The position numbers were made by a program, and so were the translations under genes. 64,000 nt of DNA from assembly GCA_965248755.1 (NCBI GenBank), contig OZ252149.1:1760001-1824000 (forward strand), written 5' to 3'. Below, one piece after another: positions 59,301 through 64,000 of this stretch. The stretch is from Candidatus Latescibacterota bacterium. Its GTDB lineage: Bacteria; Latescibacterota; CBDEFO01. Within the stretch, counting starts at the first letter, position 1; each line of letters starts with the position of its first letter. A model generated the notes under the pieces. It did not search any database and was not told where the DNA came from. It worked only from the letters and a program-made list of their open reading frames with translations.

Positions 59301-59874
59301 GAGAACATCACTACTTTTGCGAGATCTCTTCACAAAGGCCAAAAGAGGAGCACTGGTCCTCTTCACGTCCTACGGGATGCTCAACAAGATGTACAACGAG
59401 CTTAAAGACCCCTTGGAAGCAGAGGGCATACGCCTCTTAGGACAGGGCATTTCGGGTGCCCGCTCCAACATCACAGAACGATTCAAAGAGGACAAAAGCT
59501 CTGTCCTTTTGGGAACGGACAGCTTCTGGGAGGGAATAGATGTTCCGGGAGAAGCTCTACAGATTTTGGTGCTTACCAGGCTCCCCTTCGCCGTCCCCAC
59601 AGAACCCATTGTAGAAGCTCATATAGAGGAGTTTGAGAAAAAGGGCAAAGACCCGTTCAGATATTACTCTATACCCGAAGCAGCTATAAGATTCCGACAG
59701 GGATTCGGAAGGCTCATCAGGAATAAAGACGACAAAGGGGTTATAGTTATCCTCGACAACAGAGTGATAAAGACCTGGTACGGCAGAGTTTTTTTGGATC
59801 TACTCCCCACAAAATACAGGGTATTCGGCTCGCAGAAGGATATGGTAGAAAAGGTGTGTGAATGGTTCGGCTAA
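56380..59874 (+). CDS. dinG: Exonuclease-DinG-family helicase with nested double DEDDh domain
   Basis: GTGTGKS, LKGRSNYIC, Fe-S-type Cys cluster, NHSLL, FDEAH, TSAT, SFWEGID, QGFGRLIR; two DnaQ-like domains at the N-terminus. Confidence 0.92.
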   Translation: MSILDTFVALSINTTGLNPQESEIIEIGAVKVESSEIEDKFSHLVSSSGPRSNLSGIPPETARAIDDAEFVILDVETTGLDAYSGDRICEIGAIKLHKDQEIDQFGMLIDPGRPISQEAFDANQITPDMLKDAPSIERVLPDFLKFIDDCVIVAYNSDFDMSFLQSELKLSGYEALNNTVIDLMALAKRLMPQTGRTPLWKVARSLGIPAENLHRALPDAEVTLKVFLHFLSVLKADGTKTVEDITLALNPPSDFERDVKRKSRLTGISYDDIKDAPPLSEVLDDLKLFADELPIVSHNARFVMSFLDKYRFDCRFDQPFYDSLEISKALLPTVTDHRLPTLVQFFGLDSEGSKRALDNAEVTASVFMGLVDKLKDMEFEIVKKMLQMIAGTDSSLKEIFSESLNRSAKDVLSRAITTEGRRADRKGDAEDLKVLFNIGGISTDRGSLEADLDLDPLDSENVEEIFKEDGPLSQAIEGYERRDQQVEMSQAVADALNDSSFLAAESGTGTGKSMAYLIPAIFWAVSNGKRVVVSTNTKNLQEQLFYKDLPLLERILDVPFRYCLLKGRSNYICLNRWYKALDRIESSFTDYERKAALPLILWAEETETGDISQNTAFQAWRFPTLWNKICSDGAFCKAQTCRFGRRCFATNIRREALRSHVVVVNHSLLFSDMVSENAVLSEYEDVIFDEAHNVEKVATQYLGRELDIWRVRNLCDRFYHKEKNETGMMVSLRDGLRTADLQDQELRAYDFKIDRIIEATASFRKTAQDIFKDMAQKIGDESGTDAYTEKIRYKKAYNIFELLQEELDGFADSGYFLKSEISQLLNWLKELPGDSFPAQEELTQESEGQRAEINEILDDLDFLLKAEDEAFVYWLELPNKKDSFDVKMCAAPLDIASHLKDRLYKGLNTAIFTSATIAIRGKFKYFLERLGIDKMEEDRVKTFCVSSPFDYDRQTLVCIPSFLPSPKESSLYQERTSLLLRDLFTKAKRGALVLFTSYGMLNKMYNELKDPLEAEGIRLLGQGISGARSNITERFKEDKSSVLLGTDSFWEGIDVPGEALQILVLTRLPFAVPTEPIVEAHIEEFEKKGKDPFRYYSIPEAAIRFRQGFGRLIRNKDDKGVIVILDNRVIKTWYGRVFLDLLPTKYRVFGSQKDMVEKVCEWFG

Positions 59875-59902
59875 GCTCGTAACTGAAAAAGGCTCTTTAC
59901 AT

Positions 59903-59986
59903 TAGTAGCACTATTCTATACTCACGAACGGTTTCCAGTCTAGCTATCGTCTGGGGCCGAAGCCCTCTACGTTGTCCAGTACCTCT
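59903..59986 (-). repeat. Degenerate copy of the comEA-like 3' end
   Basis: Aligns with 61043-61126 (TAGTAGCACTATT...GGGGCCGAAGCCCTC). Confidence 0.7.
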
Positions 59987-60114
59987 GCTACAAGAAATTA
60001 CACAGTGTCGTCTGGACTGTGACATAAGTTGTTACAATTAGGTCTTAAATTTCTCAGTTGATACCCAATTAGCGAAATCGAGGTTAGACAATCTGCTACA
60101 GAGGGGGGGTAACA

Positions 60115-60807
60115 ATGACAAAGAGAATTCTTGTTACTGCAATTATTTGTACTTTCATTATCCTGTCACTCGGTACCAGCTACGCCCAGGGATGGTCGTT
60201 TGGCGTAAATGGTGGTATTGCAAAACTAGTAGGCTCTGGAACCGAATTTTGGAATCCGGGATTTTCTGTTGGAAGTAATATCTTTTATCCTGTATCCCCT
60301 GATATTTCATTAGGAGGACGTATTGGTTATGTTAGGTTTACTCCAGATGAAACTGAATTAATAAAATCAGTTTCACCAATTGCTCCATCAATTGCATTGG
60401 ACATCTCTGGTAACGCAACTTTTTTTGAAATTGTTCCATCGATTAGAATATCACCTTCAATTGAAGAAAACCGAGAAGTCAATCTATTTGCTCAAATAGG
60501 ATTAGGCTTCTTTCTGATGAATCTTGACGCGACAGCAAAAACTTCAGCTATAGGCTTAACATATTATGAGTTTATTAAAGATTCAGAAAATAGACTTGGT
60601 CTGAGCTTGGGTGGAGGGCTTACTATGGGGAGGAAGGGAAGTGCACGTTTTGAAATTCTTTCATTATATCATATTACATTTATGGAGAATCAGTTTTTAG
60701 TGGGTGAAAGAACTCAATATTTCTCAGTAAATTTTGGTGTAGTATTTGATCTAGGACAGAAATCCAGAGCTAAAGAGATGGACAGAATGAAGCAGCAACC
60801 ATCGTAG
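60115..60807 (+). CDS. Outer-membrane beta-barrel protein (OmpA-like barrel), AT-rich
   Basis: Signal peptide ..SYA|Q and alternating beta-strands; the frame continues after TAG to 61011. Confidence 0.7.
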   Translation: MTKRILVTAIICTFIILSLGTSYAQGWSFGVNGGIAKLVGSGTEFWNPGFSVGSNIFYPVSPDISLGGRIGYVRFTPDETELIKSVSPIAPSIALDISGNATFFEIVPSIRISPSIEENREVNLFAQIGLGFFLMNLDATAKTSAIGLTYYEFIKDSENRLGLSLGGGLTMGRKGSARFEILSLYHITFMENQFLVGERTQYFSVNFGVVFDLGQKSRAKEMDRMKQQPS

Positions 60808-61050
60808 ACTCTGATTACAAAACCAACTCTTCAGGTTACTGATAAGATTCAACAGGTGCTAAGGATAGGGACACCTAAAGACGCAATAAGGGAGGTTTTA
60901 GGCGAACCTACTAAAATTCAAAAGTTTGGCCCGTGGGAATATTGGTACTACTCAGATTACAAGAAAATTGAATTTAAAGATGATACAGTTACCAGATGGG
61001 AAGGATTTTAGATAATAGCAATAGATTTACGCGTGTGCTACATAGTAGCA

Positions 61051-61230
61051 CTATTGTGTACTCACCACCGGTTTCAGCTTTTCTATCGTCTTGGGGCCGA
61101 AGCCCTCCACCTTATCCAGATCCTCTACGGATTTGAAGGTCCCGTTTCTCTCTCTGAACTTTATTATCCTCTCGGCAACTTTCGGTCCGATGTTCGGCAA
61201 CCTCTGGAGTTCCTCAAAGTTGGCACTATT
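61051..61230 (-). pseudogene. ComEA-like helix-hairpin-helix remnant
   Basis: ANFEELQRLPNIGPKVAERII.FRE.NG.FKSVEDL.KV.G.G.KT; N-terminus absent. Confidence 0.75.
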
Positions 61231-61302
61231 CTGCGACAAGACCATCAATCCTAAAACGCTATTAAACAACTATTGTACTGCTTCCCAGGAAAGCGACACC
61301 AA

Positions 61303-62166
61303 TTAAGCAACCTGGGGTAGTAGATAAAATTGTTTTCTCCACTCTTTTGGGGTCTTATATCCCAGGGATGAATGAAGCCTGTTCTTGTTGTAATTATCGA
61401 TCCACTGAGATATGATCTTCTCAGCCTGTTCAAAGGATTCAAACTTGTGAAGCCAAACACACTCTTGCTTGAGGGTCCTGAAAAAACGCTCTACAACACC
61501 GTTCCAATCGGGTTTACCACTTGGTATGTATTCCTGACGAATTCCCCAATATTCGGTACTGGCCAAATAGGCCCGAGCCAAAAAGATGGAACCATTGTCA
61601 GAGCGCAAAGTGAGACCCTGGGGGACAGCCTCCTTGGAAGTGTATCGAGAGATCACGGCCCGATCCAGGGCATCTGTGGCCTCCAGTGCCCTCCCTTTTC
61701 GACTAAAACGATACCCAGGAACCTCCCGGCTTCCGTTGTCCACCACCGCAATAAGAGGACACCAACCATCTTTTCCACAGTAAATCTTTGTCAAGTCACT
61801 CGACCACAAACTGTCGGGACTATCCACCACAGAACGCTTCTGGGCAACCTGTGGCCCCTTTCTCCCGGGACGATTCCACAGCTTACACTGCCACCCCTTA
61901 AGCTTCATTATCCTATGAACCTTCTTAACGTTGACACATTCCCCTTCCTTGAAACGAAGATGCGCCCAAACCCGCCTGTGACCAAATGCCTCTTCTTGGT
62001 CCAGTATCCCTCGAATACGAAAAGCAAGCTCCTCATCTATCACAGGCTCTTTAACAGAAGAACTGACACCTCTATCCCTAAACCTATACAGAGTCGAACG
62101 ATGCAAACCCAAAGCCAAAGCTACCACCTTGCGGGAATAGCCTCGACCCAAAAACCGCCCACTCAA
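61303..62166 (-). CDS. IS3 OrfB (DDE integrase core)
   Basis: WSSDLT, LRSDNGS, NGVVERFFRTLKQE, YN..RLHSSLGY.TP. Confidence 0.93.
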   Translation of the reverse strand: MSGRFLGRGYSRKVVALALGLHRSTLYRFRDRGVSSSVKEPVIDEELAFRIRGILDQEEAFGHRRVWAHLRFKEGECVNVKKVHRIMKLKGWQCKLWNRPGRKGPQVAQKRSVVDSPDSLWSSDLTKIYCGKDGWCPLIAVVDNGSREVPGYRFSRKGRALEATDALDRAVISRYTSKEAVPQGLTLRSDNGSIFLARAYLASTEYWGIRQEYIPSGKPDWNGVVERFFRTLKQECVWLHKFESFEQAEKIISQWIDNYNKNRLHSSLGYKTPKEWRKQFYLLPQVA

Positions 62167-62492
62167 GGCAACCGCTTCGTTTTTTTTAGACGGGCTACCT
62201 CTTCGAGTATCTCCAACTGGAGCGTCAACTGCCCTACCTTGCGCTCCAACCGGCTAACCTCTCGCTCCTTCGGATCCTTGCGACCACGCCGAGACTTCAG
62301 ACTCTCCTGGCCCCCTTCTAAGAAACTATCACGCCAAGCATACGCCTGCGACTGGCTAATTCCATTCTTACGACACACCTCAGATAGATCTGCTCCTCTC
62401 AAAAGAGCCAACACAATCTCTCCCTTACGGGTCGCCGTCCAGCGCTTACCATCTTTCACTTCGGGGCTCGACACCTTGACCTCCCTTCTCAA
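62163..62492 (-). CDS. IS3 OrfA (HTH)
   Basis: RWTATRKGEIVL..CRKNGIS...W...LERKVGQL. An A8 run at 62180-62187 (minus strand) is a likely -1 frameshift site. Confidence 0.88.
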   Translation of the reverse strand: MRREVKVSSPEVKDGKRWTATRKGEIVLALLRGADLSEVCRKNGISQSQAYAWRDSFLEGGQESLKSRRGRKDPKEREVSRLERKVGQLTLQLEILEEVARLKKTKRLP

Positions 62493-62659
62493 ACCCCAAT
62501 TTGCGAAATATTTGTCGCTCTGTCAAGGGGAGCGGTATGCTATATACATAATACGACCCTGATCTACTTGACTTCCCCTCTTTTATGCATTCTTGTAGAG
62601 TTACATGGCACAATAGAGCCTTTGCCAGGAAATGCACACTATTTGGTCACCAGCAGTAA

Positions 62660-63976
62660 CTATGTTACAAAGTCTGTATAGGCAAGACTTCTCCATTCAG
62701 GTATCTCTATTGCAGGATCAACAATAAACTTTTCAATAGTTAGTGTTCTCTTCCTTTCTCCGATTTCATCTCTGATATTCCTTGCATAGTCGTGGGCGTC
62801 ATCAAAGATCATTCTATATTGGGCAAATAGGTGCACCAGTTCCTGGGCAAAGTTTAGGGGCAACCCGATAAAATGACTCATAAAACAGACACCTTTTGCA
62901 GCATCACCAACACCTGCGTGGTGGAGACCTCCCCTGGCTAATGTAAAGTTTTGCTCTGAATATGTTGGTTTTATCTCATAACAATAACTGAAATCTGTTG
63001 CTATGATTCCCTGGTCTCCTCTGGTCACATATAATGTTAGATCTCCTCTTTTGATTAATCCCAGGCTGCCGATTCCACCCCAGAGCTCTTTTCCTGTCAG
63101 TTCCTTAATCTCTGAATCGTCTACTGCAATAATATGACAGGCCGGTACTATACTATTCTTAATAAAGTCAGCATTCTTCTTGATTGCAGGCTCTGTAAAT
63201 GCTCCTGCTCTTATGAAATCGGGATGACTGAACAGATTATGCCCTTCTCTGAGAAGAGAATCGTCGTATATGGTATCTAATGCAACTATCGACAAATCTG
63301 GGGGGAAATTTGCTGGCGAAAGGACTTCTTGCAATTGCCTGTTGGTTGGCCTATATCCATCAGGTTCTGGGCTGAGAACCACCCTGCCTACTCCACCCTC
63401 AATTTCGACAATAGAATTAATGGTAACACAATGGCCGTGGGGTTTTATCATTAAACTTCTATTTAGGCCTTCTGTTACTACACCGAATCGAGAATAATAA
63501 TCTTCTAATCCGTTTATTTCAGAGTCTATGCCGACATAAAACACCTGTATTTCTCTGAGTGAACTAAGCGCTCTTTCCTTATCTTTTTCTTCATTTTCAT
63601 CAGCGGGTGCGTACCTATCTAAAGAATATATAATTAAGTCAAGAAATGCCCTCTGGGCAATCGCTGCACTTCCTCCACAACCTCCATACCCACACTTTAT
63701 TACGTCAAGATGGACTGCTTTTAGGTTTGCGCCTGTAGGAGGTTGTTTTCCATAGTACTTTAAGGGAAGTCTGTTCTGAGTGGCGAACCAGTCTGGATCG
63801 TTCCCTACATCCTCCGGGGCTTCAACCACGCCATAGTATTCTTCTCCCTTCTGATGGAATACAAAGATTGCGCCTGAAGGGAGACCTTCTCCCGAGCGAT
63901 ATTGGGGATCACTGAACCTACAGATATTGTCGTGGAAATGTGTTCCAATATTGGCTATTGAACCAGAAGGAGTCAT
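62660..63976 (-). CDS. Divergent PfkB/ribokinase-like protein, possibly 5'-partial
   Basis: GGSAA, VTRGDQG, AGVGDA resemble PfkB signatures; AT-rich; the frame is open to the window end. Confidence 0.5.
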   Translation of the reverse strand: MTPSGSIANIGTHFHDNICRFSDPQYRSGEGLPSGAIFVFHQKGEEYYGVVEAPEDVGNDPDWFATQNRLPLKYYGKQPPTGANLKAVHLDVIKCGYGGCGGSAAIAQRAFLDLIIYSLDRYAPADENEEKDKERALSSLREIQVFYVGIDSEINGLEDYYSRFGVVTEGLNRSLMIKPHGHCVTINSIVEIEGGVGRVVLSPEPDGYRPTNRQLQEVLSPANFPPDLSIVALDTIYDDSLLREGHNLFSHPDFIRAGAFTEPAIKKNADFIKNSIVPACHIIAVDDSEIKELTGKELWGGIGSLGLIKRGDLTLYVTRGDQGIIATDFSYCYEIKPTYSEQNFTLARGGLHHAGVGDAAKGVCFMSHFIGLPLNFAQELVHLFAQYRMIFDDAHDYARNIRDEIGERKRTLTIEKFIVDPAIEIPEWRSLAYTDFVT

Positions 63977-64000
63977 TAACCTTGGTGATTCAATAACTGC

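Larger units (their letters stand above)
61274..62539 (-). mobile_element. IS3-family insertion sequence
   Basis: Imperfect IRs TGTACTGCTTCCCAGGAAAGCGACA / TGTCGCTCTGTCAAGGGGAGCGGTATG; 4-bp target duplication CTAT (61270-61273, 62540-62543). Confidence 0.9.

Noticed and set aside
56380..59874. DinG as part of a type IV CRISPR system
   Set aside because: No csf genes or repeat-spacer array; the motifs fit a chromosomal Exo-DinG.
61372..62562. 396-aa plus-strand ORF
   Set aside because: Antisense shadow of IS3 orfA/orfB with no recognisable motifs.

Overview
Bacterial chromosomal window, probably from an uncultured diderm lineage (outer-membrane beta-barrels present); taxonomy cannot be fixed from sequence alone. 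It holds scattered housekeeping genes (murD, accA, bioA, glnA, LonC-type protease, nrnA-like, parAB, glnK-amt-porin, msrP, dinG). It also holds a SAM-I riboswitch-controlled sulfur-carrier operon (thrC-like, cysM, JAMM peptidase, CysO/MoaD-like, NIL, Rrf2) and a signal-transduction-rich, partly decayed region (about 32.7-46.3 kb, plus a c-di-GMP-related pair at 52.9-56.2 kb). Mobile DNA comprises two complete IS elements (IS1380, IS3), an IS256 remnant, two copies of a MITE and several small palindromic repeats. The most unusual observations are these. (1) A DinG helicase whose catalytically dead N-terminal DEDDh exonuclease domain is split by a complete, active second DEDDh domain. (2) A ~22-nt hairpin micro-element present four times, including in frame at that DinG junction and directly after the Gly-Gly of the sulfur carrier. 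(3) An orphan ~100-nt structured RNA with its own promoter and terminator between a MshEN-type membrane protein and an HD-GYP gene. (4) A YfiR/sensor-kinase module headed by a Met/His-rich barrel instead of a TonB receptor. No tRNA, rRNA or CRISPR array was seen. Family assignments come from motif recognition by eye, not from database searches.
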